The position numbers and the translations under genes were made by a program. From a virus (taxonomy: Duplodnaviria; Caudoviricetes), in the IMG/VR virus record IMGVR_UViG_3300020044_006674, positions 1 to 36,502 of that record: 36,502 bases of DNA; one strand, given 5' to 3'. Positions 26,001-35,060 of this stretch are shown piece by piece; position 1 is the first letter of the stretch; each line of letters opens with the position of its first letter. The notes beneath the pieces are model-generated. The model was not told the DNA's origin. It ran no database searches and saw nothing but the letters and a program-made list of their open reading frames with translations.

Positions 26001-28015
26001 TTCCATTCAGCGGCGGCGTCTGCTGCGGATTTCTTCACAGATTCGCGTGCGTCTTTGGAGTCGATAGCGTTTGCCAGCAACTTGCGCTGCTCAATCTCGC
26101 GGGCAATGGCTTGCGCGGCTGCATCGTTGTTGCCAATCAACTCCATCACGCGCTTCTCTTCTAAGCGCTTAATCGTGATGCCTTCAATCGCCTGCGCTAG
26201 ACTGATGTTTTGCTCTTTTGATATGCGCAGGGCTTGTTCTTCAATCTCCAGATTGAGCAACTTGGCTGCGATTGCGTCAGCCGACTTATTCAGGCTTTCA
26301 ACATATTTATCATTCGCTTTTGATGACTCCTCAAGCATTTTTTGGTATGCGTCGTTGGCGTCCTCTACCGCTTTACCGTCGGCAATAGCAAGGGCTCGAC
26401 TTAGCTTGATTCGCTCGTCTTGAATGCGCCGTGCGTCGGTGTTTTCTTTGATTGCTGCCGTGGATTTCTTGGATGATTCCTCAAACTTCTTTTGGATGCC
26501 CTCCACCTCTTGTGCGTACCTAGCAAGGTTCTCCGGCGTCTGTGAGACTTTGGCAAAGCGCTCTTGTGCGGCTGCAATAGCCTGCTGCATTTGTACGGCT
26601 TTGCTCAAGTACTTGCCTGATTCTTTGTCAAATTCAACCTGCGACTTCACCGACTCGGTGCGCTCTGCTGCGTACTTGGCAGACAGTTGCTGATTCTTTA
26701 AAAGCTCTTGATAGCCTTTAAGTTGGTTTTCAGCCTCACTCAGTTTCACCAAGTCGGATGCGTTGCCGTAGATAGAGTTGGCCGCTTGCTTGCGAATGTC
26801 CACCATCTTTTGTGCGGCTGCAACTTGGCCTTCCAGCCCAGCATCACGGCCAATGCCTTTGATGGCGTCCCATGTTTCCACCACGGCAGATTTGACGCTC
26901 ATCCAAGAACGCTGAACAGTGCCAAGGTTCTTTTCCATGTCGCCAGCCATTGACGCGGTGGCCTTGTTGAATTCTTCTTGTGCAAGCGCTGCGGCATCCG
27001 TAACGCGGCCCTGCTCTGTCAATGCCTTGATCTGGTCATAGACAGTCTGTGTAAGGTAGCCCATTGTTTCGTTGAGCTTCAGCGTGGCCTCAAGCGGTGC
27101 CTTACGCAGTTCCTCGAACTTCTTAACGGTGTCGCCGATAGCTGTGCCGGTGACTTTCTCAAACCGAATAGCAGTGAGCGTGAATTGCTCCAGATTCTCA
27201 GCGCCAATTTTTCCAGATGCTGCGAACAGTCCGAGTGCTTCAGCGGCTGCGCCTTGCGTGCCGGAGATTTGATCAATGCTTGACGCCATAGCCATCAATT
27301 GGCCTGTTGTGACACCAGCCTGATTGCCTGACAGGATCAGAGCGCTATTGAATGCGCGTGACTCAGCCGCGCCCTGTTCATAAGCAATGGCAAGGCCCGC
27401 GACTGTACCCGCTGCGAGTGTGTAGGGGTTGATCAGGCCAAGCACATATCCGCCGAGAGCCTTAGCAGCGTTGCCAGCCCCGCCGAACATATCCTTGAGT
27501 TGTCCACCTTGCTGCAAGAACACCGTCAATGGTGCTTGCCCGCCTTGGATAGATGTCACGATGTCGGTGAACTGAGCTGGTACACCGCGCAAAGCGTTTG
27601 CCGTAGCAGCAGCAGACATGCCGATCTTGTCCAGTGACTGTGATCCAGTCAACATAGCCGCCGCCGCCTGTGCCTGCTTTGCCTTAACGGCATCCAACTG
27701 GTCAAGGTAAGGCTTCAGCACGTTCGTATCAATGCCGCGCTGGTTTGCCAGTGCCTTGTAATACTCGACGCTTCCACGTGCGCCTGAGTCCATCACAGCC
27801 GTGGTGCGCTGAATACTTTGGATCATCGACTTGGTGGCCGATTCAATTTTCTGTGCTGATTGCGCCGTGCCGTTACCCATCCCGCCAAGCTTGTCGCCCG
27901 TGTCTTTTGCGGTGTCGCTAAGCTCTTTCAGCTTTGTTTTGACGGTTTTCGTTGTTTGTTCAAACGATCCGTCAAGCGCTGCGCCGACTTTTAACTGTGC
28001 TGTGGATTCGGACAT
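23057..28015 (-). CDS. Tail tape measure protein (lambda gpH family)
   Basis: 1652 aa, Ala-rich; LRGVPAQFTDIVTS...LQQGGQLKDMFGG; C-terminal FAQGTNY..LHEGEAIIP. Confidence 0.93.
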   Translation of the reverse strand: MSESTAQLKVGAALDGSFEQTTKTVKTKLKELSDTAKDTGDKLGGMGNGTAQSAQKIESATKSMIQSIQRTTAVMDSGARGSVEYYKALANQRGIDTNVLKPYLDQLDAVKAKQAQAAAAMLTGSQSLDKIGMSAAATANALRGVPAQFTDIVTSIQGGQAPLTVFLQQGGQLKDMFGGAGNAAKALGGYVLGLINPYTLAAGTVAGLAIAYEQGAAESRAFNSALILSGNQAGVTTGQLMAMASSIDQISGTQGAAAEALGLFAASGKIGAENLEQFTLTAIRFEKVTGTAIGDTVKKFEELRKAPLEATLKLNETMGYLTQTVYDQIKALTEQGRVTDAAALAQEEFNKATASMAGDMEKNLGTVQRSWMSVKSAVVETWDAIKGIGRDAGLEGQVAAAQKMVDIRKQAANSIYGNASDLVKLSEAENQLKGYQELLKNQQLSAKYAAERTESVKSQVEFDKESGKYLSKAVQMQQAIAAAQERFAKVSQTPENLARYAQEVEGIQKKFEESSKKSTAAIKENTDARRIQDERIKLSRALAIADGKAVEDANDAYQKMLEESSKANDKYVESLNKSADAIAAKLLNLEIEEQALRISKEQNISLAQAIEGITIKRLEEKRVMELIGNNDAAAQAIAREIEQRKLLANAIDSKDARESVKKSAADAAAEWKRTSDSINSTLTDALMRGFESGKGFAKTLRDTVVNMFKTMVLRPIISAVMSPISGAITGAMGLSGAASAATGVAGGAATGLAGTLAGFAATAASWGTAAGAGFMATLGGSTIAGGGAAGILATGGAAGASTAGSIGAAAPYAMAAVAALAAFGAFRTTKKIGEGITGTLGGDNQSLSSFTELRKSGYLFGGPKYWDELKALDATMAKAINTDFDAIKTAAKGAASALGLSADSVAGFSKAIRLTFTGDKAKDEALYKEYMSGVSEDLARTIIGSYKETVATVIDEIISGGGGEGGDITYSQVERQVKTSTYTPSEFARDGETASQTLQRLATSITLVNANSDLLGNKLTEVGLKGANTASLLIDAFGGAERYAAQMGAYYQNFYTQEEQRAKLIENTSEAFTALGKTMPVLDGGARAAYRSMVELAAGQDMSVEANRTAYASLLALQGPMNELAPAFDAVAESSKAAAEALAKTNQGWQDQLDVLTGAQTDRSIALRDAADESTRAIMRQVYAQQDLNTAATEATKVAEENSRALADAARSMRESISSLLSGMVSRLASDVASAEQMINTSRAGIKTAYDAESAALKATQQRFASIGKTFADFASSLASSLDTPAQSFERLSAEYARLNDMARLGDTDAAAKAVSVGGQLKESIIARSGTREQAEREIAKLANSATATAAIANTQASLAELSLQQLDTQVSGFIDLNASVLSVKDAIEKFQADQAALDIVRNAHLKAVDLALASQSIFATGGTSAAAQRYTLKEVSAALIDYFAKGGDAANLAVSAQNNYGISADTLAGAATTIAGTTPVGSANTAANTAANAATTSAARAQAIRDYITMAQATMSGATLAQAIYGKAMQVGTTQAEIAAAIGWSTDAVSEFFLGAGIPKFAQGTNYTQEGLAYLHEGEAIIPKAYNPYNPNASKPGNNNAELIAEIRALRQEVANLKASGDATAANTRKFAQQFETASEGGRALLTEVYT

Positions 28016-28017
28016 TG

Positions 28018-28338
28018 TTAATCAGTCTTTTTGTTCATGATGGATAAGGCTTCGGCTTCGATGATGCGAATGTCATCAAACAAGATTTCGTAATCGTCAG
28101 GGTGCAGTCTCATGCGATCCATGCGCAAAAAGAATGGCGAGTAATCCAGCCCAGTGCAACCGGCAGCGCCCACGCGCCATTGGGTTGACAGGGTAGAAAA
28201 CAGGTTGATTGCGCGCTCGTTTTCTGGCCAGAGTTCTACGGGCTCATCGTCTGCGTAATCCTCAACCGTGAAGCCTGTGCCTTCAAGCTCAGCCGCTGTT
28301 GGGGTGCGTGAGTAAAGCGCACCCGCAGCGGCCCTTAG
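28018..28338 (-). CDS. Tail assembly chaperone gpT part (DUF1799-like), expressed by -1 frameshift
   Basis: No ATG start; LRAAAGALY...LWPEN...TQWRVGAAGCTGLDY...IEAEAL; preceded by slippery AAAAAAC. Confidence 0.8.
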   Translation of the reverse strand, partial: LRAAAGALYSRTPTAAELEGTGFTVEDYADDEPVELWPENERAINLFSTLSTQWRVGAAGCTGLDYSPFFLRMDRMRLHPDDYEILFDDIRIIEAEALSIMNKKTD

Positions 28339-28646
28339 TTTTTTGTGCGTGCTGCTGTCAGTTCGGACAGGTAGGCTTCAATGATTGCGCGGGCTGCACC
28401 TAGATAGTTCTGGGTGAGTAGTTCGACGTTTTCACGATCAAAGGCGTCTTCCAAGTCCCAGCCGCTTGCAATGTCAAGAATGACATCTACATCCTCGCGA
28501 TCAGTCAAGCCCTCAATGAAGGCTTTGAAGGCTTCGCGAGTTCTGGCCTTGAAGGTGAATTGCACGGTTGCGGCTTTGTCGCCAGCCACCGGAATTGATA
28601 CCTTGCTCAAGAATGTAGGTTTAGCGATTAAAGACAATTTAGCCAT
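28335..28646 (-). CDS. Tail assembly chaperone gpG
   Basis: PTFLSKVSIPVAG...GWDL...ARTKN; between the tail tube and tape measure genes. Confidence 0.85.
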   Translation of the reverse strand: MAKLSLIAKPTFLSKVSIPVAGDKAATVQFTFKARTREAFKAFIEGLTDREDVDVILDIASGWDLEDAFDRENVELLTQNYLGAARAIIEAYLSELTAARTKN

Positions 28647-28750
28647 GATAATTTTTCTTTCGTAGGGTGAGAAATGCCCATACCCACACCAGCCGCCCTA
28701 CGAAGGCGAACTGATGCGGGCGGTGCTTGGGTGCCGGATGGCAGAAACAG

Positions 28751-28775
28751 AAAAGCCCTCGCTTGGAGGGCTTTG
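28751..28775 (-). terminator. Terminator after the major tail gene
   Basis: aaagccctc...gagggcttt. Confidence 0.65.
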
Positions 28776-28777
28776 GG

Positions 28778-29425
28778 TTACGCTGCGTAACGTGTCAAAC
28801 GGTTGTTGCCGTTGAAGGCTGCTTTGACCTTGTTGATCTGGCCGTCAGAGAATGAAACCGACTCATTCAGCGCCAAGGTGCAAGGAATCAGCATGATTGA
28901 ACCAGAGCGCATGTTGATGCGGAGGATCGTGTCGGTCTGCACATCGGTCAGGTTCTTCAAGGCGGTGTAGCCAGCAGAACCAATCGAATCAGCATCCAAT
29001 TCCATGCTGTAGCTGGTAGCACTGAAACCGTCGTTGATCATGTATTCAACGTCAGATTCAATGAACTTGTACGTCACAGTTTTAGGGTCGCCACCGGATG
29101 ACGAAGGAGCCATGACGGTAGTGATCTGAGTGAACGTAGCCACCTTGCGCACGGTGCCAGTGCCGGTGCCGGGAGGGTAGAAGGCGGTGCTTGTGGTGTC
29201 AGCGCCTTCCAGCACAAACGATGCCGTGCCAGATACCGACTTGATACGGAATGCCCGCTTATTCAAGCGACCCCAACCAGAGGTCATTTCCACGATGTCA
29301 CCATTGGCGAAATCGTGGGTTCCTGTAACGAGTGCTTCGGCAGCGTTGGAAACGGCAGTAACTGTTTTTGCTACGCCGAAAGAAGATGCAACGTGAAATG
29401 TCGCGCCTGTGGGTACTTGTGCCAT
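28778..29425 (-). CDS. Major tail tube protein
   Basis: AVSNAAEA, GDIVEMTSGWGRLN, LEGADT, SSSGGDPK; synteny. Confidence 0.85.
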   Translation of the reverse strand: MAQVPTGATFHVASSFGVAKTVTAVSNAAEALVTGTHDFANGDIVEMTSGWGRLNKRAFRIKSVSGTASFVLEGADTTSTAFYPPGTGTGTVRKVATFTQITTVMAPSSSGGDPKTVTYKFIESDVEYMINDGFSATSYSMELDADSIGSAGYTALKNLTDVQTDTILRINMRSGSIMLIPCTLALNESVSFSDGQINKVKAAFNGNNRLTRYAA

Positions 29426-29488
29426 ATTGGCCTTTCATTTGGACGAAAAAAAGCCACATTGCTGTGGCCGGTTGCGCCCAGTGGGCGT

Positions 29489-29522
29489 AAAAAAACCCGC
29501 CTAGATTGCTCATGGCGGGTTG
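29489..29522 (-). terminator. Intrinsic terminator
   Basis: aacccgcc...ggcgggtt with a U tail on the minus strand. Confidence 0.6.
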
Positions 29523-29537
29523 TTGGTTTGGTGCTAT

Positions 29538-29894
29538 CTACCTCGTAGAAAACACGCTGAAATTCTGTGTACTTGAATAGATCTTTACCTCGTCGGCATA
29601 GTCGCTAATCGGCGCATGTATCGCTGTTGACTGAAACACGGTAGCCGCTGCCAACACGCCCTCAACCTGCAAAGCAACGGCTGCACATGCCGCCCTGCTA
29701 TCGGCATACACACTCACTTCAAAGCGCCCGTGCTTCTTGTCGGGCAACGTGCCATCAAGAAAGCTCAGAGCCTCGCCGCCTACTTGCTCAAACGTAATGA
29801 ACGGGCGAACTGTTCCAAGTGGCGCGAAGTCTGGAAAGCAGCGATTGCTTACCAAGCCTTTCAAAATTCCGTAGAGGTCTGATTCAACCGTCAT
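29538..29894 (-). CDS. Tail terminator (DUF3168-like)
   Basis: RCFPDFAP...PFITFEQVGG; synteny. Confidence 0.8.
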   Translation of the reverse strand: MTVESDLYGILKGLVSNRCFPDFAPLGTVRPFITFEQVGGEALSFLDGTLPDKKHGRFEVSVYADSRAACAAVALQVEGVLAAATVFQSTAIHAPISDYADEVKIYSSTQNFSVFSTR

Positions 29895-30358
29895 GATGTT
29901 TTCATCCTTTGATCAAACTCTTTCGACATAGCGTCGATTGCGCGTTGTTTAACCGTCTTTTCAGCCTTGCCAATGAAGTCGTTAGCCTTTGCCCCGCCTT
30001 TCGTACCCAAGGCCACCATGAAGCCATACGGCACTTTTCTGTGATTCCAAGCAACGTGATATTCGGCCTTGTCTTTGCTGCTGCCTGACTTTGAAAACAC
30101 TTGGTAAACAGCGCCCTTGAGTGAGCCTGACTCAAACCAGTAGCTTGCTGCGCGCTTTGCCGCCGGTGTGCTTGCCGCTTTTGCTGTGGTTCCTTGAAAC
30201 CAGTGGCCGCGCTTTGACGTTGGCACAGTCTCCAAAACAGCTTCGTAGTAAACCTGTGCGCCTGCCTGCGCTGCTGGCCGGATAGCCGTTTCAGCCTTCG
30301 TCTTGAGCGCGTCGATCTGATCTGTCAGAACCTTGGCGTCAAAGTCAAACGTCAGCAT
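29891..30358 (-). CDS. HK97 gp10-like tail completion protein
   Basis: RPAAQAGAQV, GSLKGAVYQ, PYGFMV..GT. Confidence 0.78.
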   Translation of the reverse strand: MLTFDFDAKVLTDQIDALKTKAETAIRPAAQAGAQVYYEAVLETVPTSKRGHWFQGTTAKAASTPAAKRAASYWFESGSLKGAVYQVFSKSGSSKDKAEYHVAWNHRKVPYGFMVALGTKGGAKANDFIGKAEKTVKQRAIDAMSKEFDQRMKTS

Positions 30359-30665
30359 TTAAGACTCGCGCCACGCAATCCACATACTCGCGCTTGCCAT
30401 CAGGCAGCACAGCGTCAATCTCAAACACCTCATTGCCATAAACAATGCGCTGGCCCGCGTTAACGGCCCGCTGCCTCATGCGAATTGAGCATTTAGTCAC
30501 CGATACGTCAGCACCTGATTTGATGGCACTGAGGCCGCTTAGATAGCGCACATCAGCCCAGACGGTCGCCGTTGTTAGCCATGATGTAGATGGCTGGCCT
30601 ATGTCGTCAACAGTGTCAACACGGCTTTGCAATGTGACGCGGTGGCGAAGCATCCCAGCCTTCAT
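30345..30665 (-). CDS. Head closure (head-tail adaptor) protein
   Basis: MKAGMLRHRVTLQ...D.IGQP...TVWADV. Confidence 0.85.
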   Translation of the reverse strand: MKAGMLRHRVTLQSRVDTVDDIGQPSTSWLTTATVWADVRYLSGLSAIKSGADVSVTKCSIRMRQRAVNAGQRIVYGNEVFEIDAVLPDGKREYVDCVARVLNADV

Positions 30666-31117
30666 GCGTAGCACCTGAACGGGCTCAGCAAGTCTTGTGC
30701 AGCGCGTGGCACCTCAGCATCATCTTCCCTTACTTCAAACAGTCGCCCCAATATCAACAGCATGGCCGCGATGATTAGCTCATTGATCACAACACCCTGG
30801 CGCGTGCGTGTTGCTGCGTAGACTGCCCGCATGTAGAGGCTCATTGCGTGAGCTTGCTCTATCAGTGACAAGTCAACGTCCTCGATAGCGGCTGCAACAA
30901 TGTACGCTGCGTCATATGCCACCTTGGCTGCTGCGAGTGTGGCTGGCACGGCTGCAATGGCGGTGTCGAGCGCGGTTTGATCGGCGTAGACGTTGCACTG
31001 TAGATACTCAATTGCGGCACGCTCAGCGGCTGCGATCTTGAGCGTCAAATCGGTGTCGCCGTCAGTGTCATCAATGCGTAGGTGCGCTTTGGCGGTGGCT
31101 AGGGTGAGAAATGACAT
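30662..31117 (-). CDS. Head-tail connector (HK97 gp6-like)
   Basis: TLATAKAHLRID...AAMLLILG.LF..RE...LLSPFR. Confidence 0.88.
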   Translation of the reverse strand: MSFLTLATAKAHLRIDDTDGDTDLTLKIAAAERAAIEYLQCNVYADQTALDTAIAAVPATLAAAKVAYDAAYIVAAAIEDVDLSLIEQAHAMSLYMRAVYAATRTRQGVVINELIIAAMLLILGRLFEVREDDAEVPRAAQDLLSPFRCYA

Positions 31118-31127
31118 TGTTTAGGCG

Positions 31128-31156
31128 TAAAAAAACCGCCACTAGGACGGTTTGTT
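31128..31156 (-). terminator. Intrinsic terminator
   Basis: aaaccg...cggttt with a U tail on the minus strand. Confidence 0.55.
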
Positions 31157-31174
31157 ATTGTGTGTGTTATCTAC

Positions 31175-31453
31175 CTACCCAGCAAACACCCGTGTCGGGG
31201 TAGCTGGCACCACCACAAACGGAAGCAACTCATCGGGCAAGTTGCCTGCGACGTTGACGTGGTAGCCGGGGATCGCAGCCATTTCTGGGTACTCCATACC
31301 ATCCTCACTTTGCAGCATCACGCCGGTGGGCTTGTGGATGGTGCCTACGAGGTCGAGGGTCAGACCTGCTGGAGTGGGTTGCTCGATGTCAAAGGCGTAA
31401 GGCATCAGGGTTTGTGCTTGGGCTTCGTTGGTGAATTTGAGGTAGGTGGTCAT
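31175..31453 (-). CDS. Hypothetical protein, partner of the fibre gene
   Basis: MTTYLKF...DLVGTI...GYHVNV...P.TP.RVFA; ATGA overlap. Confidence 0.7.
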   Translation of the reverse strand: MTTYLKFTNEAQAQTLMPYAFDIEQPTPAGLTLDLVGTIHKPTGVMLQSEDGMEYPEMAAIPGYHVNVAGNLPDELLPFVVVPATPTRVFAG

Positions 31454-32700
31454 GGTGCGCTCAGTGATCGAAGGGTCGCATTGGGTAAACGCGAGGAATA
31501 AAATCTGATGCTGCGGATGTGGCCGTTCCAATACGCTGCTACAAAAGACTTGCCAATCCACAATTCGTTCACGGTAGGTGGAGTACCGGACACATCGGTA
31601 ACGGCGGAACCACCGTTCGAGGCTGCTGCGAAATCGTTTAGCTTATAGGCAACTGCACAGGAGTCCTCTCCAAGGCCCGTATTTGCACCTTGCGTAAGAA
31701 CTGCTTGCGCTACACCTCCCACAATGATGGAGGGGTTAAGCACATTACCTGAACTGCCTGTGCCTTGACTCAGCCGATTGTTGTTAGTTCCGTCATCTGA
31801 CTGGAACACATTTCCGTCAGCTATCGCCGTCGGCGGTCTGGACTGCCTACTAACAAACGTCCCCTCGCTCTGGTTGTACCAGCTTGAGAAGTTCGTCCCG
31901 GTCATCACAGCTACATCTGCTGCCCTTGTTGCGGCTGCTGTGCCGGTGGGGATGTAGCTTGTGGGGAAGCTGCCTGCTTCGAGTTGGGCGCCCCATAAGT
32001 AGAGGCCGGAGGTGCCGTTACCTGTGTAAACAGTGTTGGTGCCTATTGATAGTTGCTGACGAAACACAGCCCCTCCGGTGCCGGTTGCTGTGTACACAAT
32101 CCAGCAACGCCACCATCCATTTCCAGCAGAACTACTGCCGAAAGAAATAGCACCTCCAATTAGAGTGCCGCTACCTGTTTCAAGATCGAAAGCAACATTC
32201 GCTGGGCCTTGGGCACCAGTTCTCACGCACACCCGCCGGGCCTCCCCTGTCAAGCCAAGCTTGGCATAAAACGACCATGTATATGTGGTTCCCGCAGTAA
32301 CGGCCACAACTCTGTCACCCGCATAATGCTCACCATTACTTGTGTCTTCTCGAAAGAAATCAGCCAAGCTGCCGTCAGGTGCCGTAATCTGATTAGCAAC
32401 GACCACACCTCCAGTCCCACTTAATACCTCGCCTGAGTCTAGTGCCAAGTTCGTCCGCTGTTCCTCAATCAGCAAGCCCAACGGTACACCTGCGGGGCTG
32501 TAGTCGAAGCGGGGGGCGTCAGTCGCCACCGTCTCAATCAATCCGGCGCTGTTCGTGCGGGTGGCACCACTGGCGCGGGTGAAGGTGATGCGGGGGTCGA
32601 GGTGTGAGCCATTGGTGAAGTTGAGGGATAGCTTCAGGGCGCGTTGGATTAGGGTGCGGCCACCTACCGCGCCCAACTTACCGACAGGCTTGCCAAACAT
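31450..32700 (-). CDS. Head spike/fibre protein with LamG/ConA-like C-terminus
   Basis: FTRASGAT, PRFDY, GLLIEEQRTNL, WGAQLEAGSFPTSYIPT, WNGHIRSIRFY. Confidence 0.75.
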   Translation of the reverse strand: MFGKPVGKLGAVGGRTLIQRALKLSLNFTNGSHLDPRITFTRASGATRTNSAGLIETVATDAPRFDYSPAGVPLGLLIEEQRTNLALDSGEVLSGTGGVVVANQITAPDGSLADFFREDTSNGEHYAGDRVVAVTAGTTYTWSFYAKLGLTGEARRVCVRTGAQGPANVAFDLETGSGTLIGGAISFGSSSAGNGWWRCWIVYTATGTGGAVFRQQLSIGTNTVYTGNGTSGLYLWGAQLEAGSFPTSYIPTGTAAATRAADVAVMTGTNFSSWYNQSEGTFVSRQSRPPTAIADGNVFQSDDGTNNNRLSQGTGSSGNVLNPSIIVGGVAQAVLTQGANTGLGEDSCAVAYKLNDFAAASNGGSAVTDVSGTPPTVNELWIGKSFVAAYWNGHIRSIRFYSSRLPNATLRSLSAP

Positions 32701-33008
32701 CAGGCAGACGCCACCACAGCCACTTTGAAGCCACTGTTGGGCGGCACGCTGAAATACTCGACGCTGTCAGCCACAAGGCGAACAGTTGTTTGCGTAGCCG
32801 TTGGGTTGGTGCCGATCTTCTTGAAGCAGTTGGCATCAGACACCACGCGAATCAGTCGGGTAGCGGCGTTCAGCGTAGCCGATTGGGCACTGGTGCCGGT
32901 GAAGGCAATGGCTTGATCTGCCAGGCTTGGTGTGGCTGCGCAGTTCATCGAGCCTTCGTATGGGCTTGACTGGATACCGGCGAATTCTGTGATGTAGAGG
33001 GTTGGCAT
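32700..33008 (-). CDS. Capsid-associated (decoration/spike base) protein candidate
   Basis: Small beta-rich ORF right after the capsid gene. Confidence 0.55.
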   Translation of the reverse strand: MPTLYITEFAGIQSSPYEGSMNCAATPSLADQAIAFTGTSAQSATLNAATRLIRVVSDANCFKKIGTNPTATQTTVRLVADSVEYFSVPPNSGFKVAVVASA

Positions 33009-33039
33009 TTTGCGTTCCTTTTGTGGGTAGGAGTTAAGA

Positions 33040-33065
33040 GAAGCGCCCTGTTTCCAAGGCGCTTG
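33040..33065 (-). terminator. Hairpin/terminator after the capsid gene
   Basis: aagcgcc...ggcgctt. Confidence 0.5.
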
Positions 33066-33074
33066 ACTTAGCTT

Positions 33075-34346
33075 TTAGGTTGCCGAGATGCGGAGCAGCT
33101 TGATTGCTTGTGTATTTCGAAGTTTCCCGCCAACACGCTTGCGCACATAGAACTTGACGAAGCCCGGTGTGGTGATTTCGTCGCGTGTGATGCGCTGGCC
33201 TACACGATCAGCGATCAGGTAGCCTTCGCGGAAATCGCCGAACGCCAGCGGGAAATTGCCAGCGCCAACAATCGGCATATCTTCAGCTTCGGTGATGCCG
33301 TAGCCTAAGAACGTAGATGGCTGGCCTGCGGAAACCGCTGGTTGCCACAAGTAAGCGCCGGTCGTGTCCTTGTACTTTCGCAGCGATGCGATCACCAGCT
33401 TGTTTGTCAACCACTGAGCGTTTGCGCGGTAACGGGCACGCAAGGCGTAAACCATATCAAGGTAAACGTCAGCGCTGGCAGGCAAAGCAGCAGCACCGCC
33501 AGAAGCGATGTATTGCAGCGTGCCAAATGCGCGGGTAGCATCAGCGGTCACAACGGGAGTGGGGCCAGCCAGCATTCCGGTGGGCTTTTTGGTGCCGTTG
33601 CCGCTGATAAACGCAGCGCCTTCGCCTGCATACATGGCTTCAGCAGCACTTGAAACCAACCAATCTTCCACATTGAAAAACAGGTCATCAAGCGACTCTT
33701 CCGACGCTTGCGGCTTAGCGGATGCCATGCCGAATGTGGGCGCGACTTCAGCCAGATCAGGCGTGTTGGTCTGAGCGCGGGTGTCGGTTTCGCCAACCCA
33801 CTCAAAAGCAGCGCCGTTCACATCAAACAGTTCTTTATAGTCAGGGCTTCCGACTGTGCGAACGGTTGCAATGCCACGGATAGGGGACATATCAACACCC
33901 AATCGAGCAATGGCACGTTCGATCACTTCAGGCAACGCGAAGCCGCCAGCAGCATTGGTCGATGTCACAGCCTGTGTCGAGCGTGTTTCCATGCTGAGGT
34001 GTTTGGCTTCAAGCTGCTTTTGTGCGATTGCGGCCTTTTGTTGGCGCTCGTGATCACCTGGCGCACGCATCCACTCGGTGAAGGCGTGACGATATTCGGC
34101 GGCTTCTTTGATTTCGCCGTCTTGATTTTCACCAGCAAACACGCCAGGGCGGTTCAGTTTGGCTTCAAGCGCGTCTTGCTTGGCCTTGGCCTCGTCCATC
34201 ACGGCGTCCATGCGGGCCAGTTTGGCTTCCAGTTCGGCAGTGCCTTGACCGGCTTTGACCGATTCAATGCGGGCATCGTTGGTCTTTTTGTACTCGTCAA
34301 ACGCGGTAGCGATACCATCAATGATGGATTTGATTTCTTGTGTCAT
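33075..34346 (-). CDS. Major capsid protein, HK97 fold
   Basis: N-terminal coiled-coil delta domain, GGFALP, WVGE, FISGNG..KP.G, FGDF, KRVGG. Confidence 0.95.
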   Translation of the reverse strand: MTQEIKSIIDGIATAFDEYKKTNDARIESVKAGQGTAELEAKLARMDAVMDEAKAKQDALEAKLNRPGVFAGENQDGEIKEAAEYRHAFTEWMRAPGDHERQQKAAIAQKQLEAKHLSMETRSTQAVTSTNAAGGFALPEVIERAIARLGVDMSPIRGIATVRTVGSPDYKELFDVNGAAFEWVGETDTRAQTNTPDLAEVAPTFGMASAKPQASEESLDDLFFNVEDWLVSSAAEAMYAGEGAAFISGNGTKKPTGMLAGPTPVVTADATRAFGTLQYIASGGAAALPASADVYLDMVYALRARYRANAQWLTNKLVIASLRKYKDTTGAYLWQPAVSAGQPSTFLGYGITEAEDMPIVGAGNFPLAFGDFREGYLIADRVGQRITRDEITTPGFVKFYVRKRVGGKLRNTQAIKLLRISAT

Positions 34347-34364
34347 GGGGTTTCCTTTAGACGT

Positions 34365-34390
34365 AAAAAAGGCACCTCATGGGTGCCTGT
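34365..34390 (-). terminator. Terminator-like hairpin between protease and capsid genes
   Basis: aggcacc-tcatg-ggtgcct with a U tail on the minus strand. Confidence 0.55.
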
Positions 34391-34408
34391 TGGTGAGTGA
34401 TTCGGAGA

Positions 34409-35053
34409 TCAGGAGAGTTTTGATTGCAGCGCCAGAAGCGATGCTTTCAGTTCCCCCATGTCATCGGAATCACTCCGACTCGATAGGGTTTTGACGCGCG
34501 ACACGAATGCCAACGCGTCTTGCTTGGAGAATCCAGAATCTCTCAGGACTCTCTCGGCATCTTTGAGGGTGACAATCTCATCAGAAGATTTCACGCCGGT
34601 AATTCTTGCTTTGGTGTTGGCCGGGAATGTGACTAGGCTTGTCTCGACTAGCTCAACGTCTTTGATGGTGCGAATATCGCTCTTTGCGTCATAGTCTGAG
34701 TCGCGGGTCATGAACCCGATGCTCAAGCCTTTGAGTGCGCCCAACTTCAGGAGCGAATGGGCTTCTTTTCCCTTTACCGTATCCATAGCGAGTTTCCCGC
34801 GCATGAACAGTCCGTTGTCATCCTCTCGCATTTCCAGCCAAACGCCGCACGGCGAATCGCTGCGGTGCTGCCAGAGCAAAGCAGGCATAGAGCCAGCGGC
34901 CTTGTGCTCGCGGATGCTGCCGGAAAACGAGCCCTTAGCTACGATGTCTCCGTAGCTGTCCTTATTTCCGAATACTGAACCATAGCCTTCGATAGCGCCA
35001 TCTTCACCTATGGCCTTTACTTCAAAGCCCATGTCAATTCGTTTTGTTTCCAT
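34409..35053 (-). CDS. HK97-family prohead protease
   Basis: EGYGSVF, LLWQH, GLSIGF, ETSLVTFPAN. Confidence 0.95.
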   Translation of the reverse strand: METKRIDMGFEVKAIGEDGAIEGYGSVFGNKDSYGDIVAKGSFSGSIREHKAAGSMPALLWQHRSDSPCGVWLEMREDDNGLFMRGKLAMDTVKGKEAHSLLKLGALKGLSIGFMTRDSDYDAKSDIRTIKDVELVETSLVTFPANTKARITGVKSSDEIVTLKDAERVLRDSGFSKQDALAFVSRVKTLSSRSDSDDMGELKASLLALQSKLS

Positions 35054-35060
35054 AAGTTCC

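Noticed and set aside
25452-26423. 323-aa + strand ORF
   Set aside because: Antisense shadow of the Ala-rich tape measure gene, with no motifs or RBS.
33708-34400. 230-aa + strand ORF
   Set aside because: Antisense to the major capsid gene.
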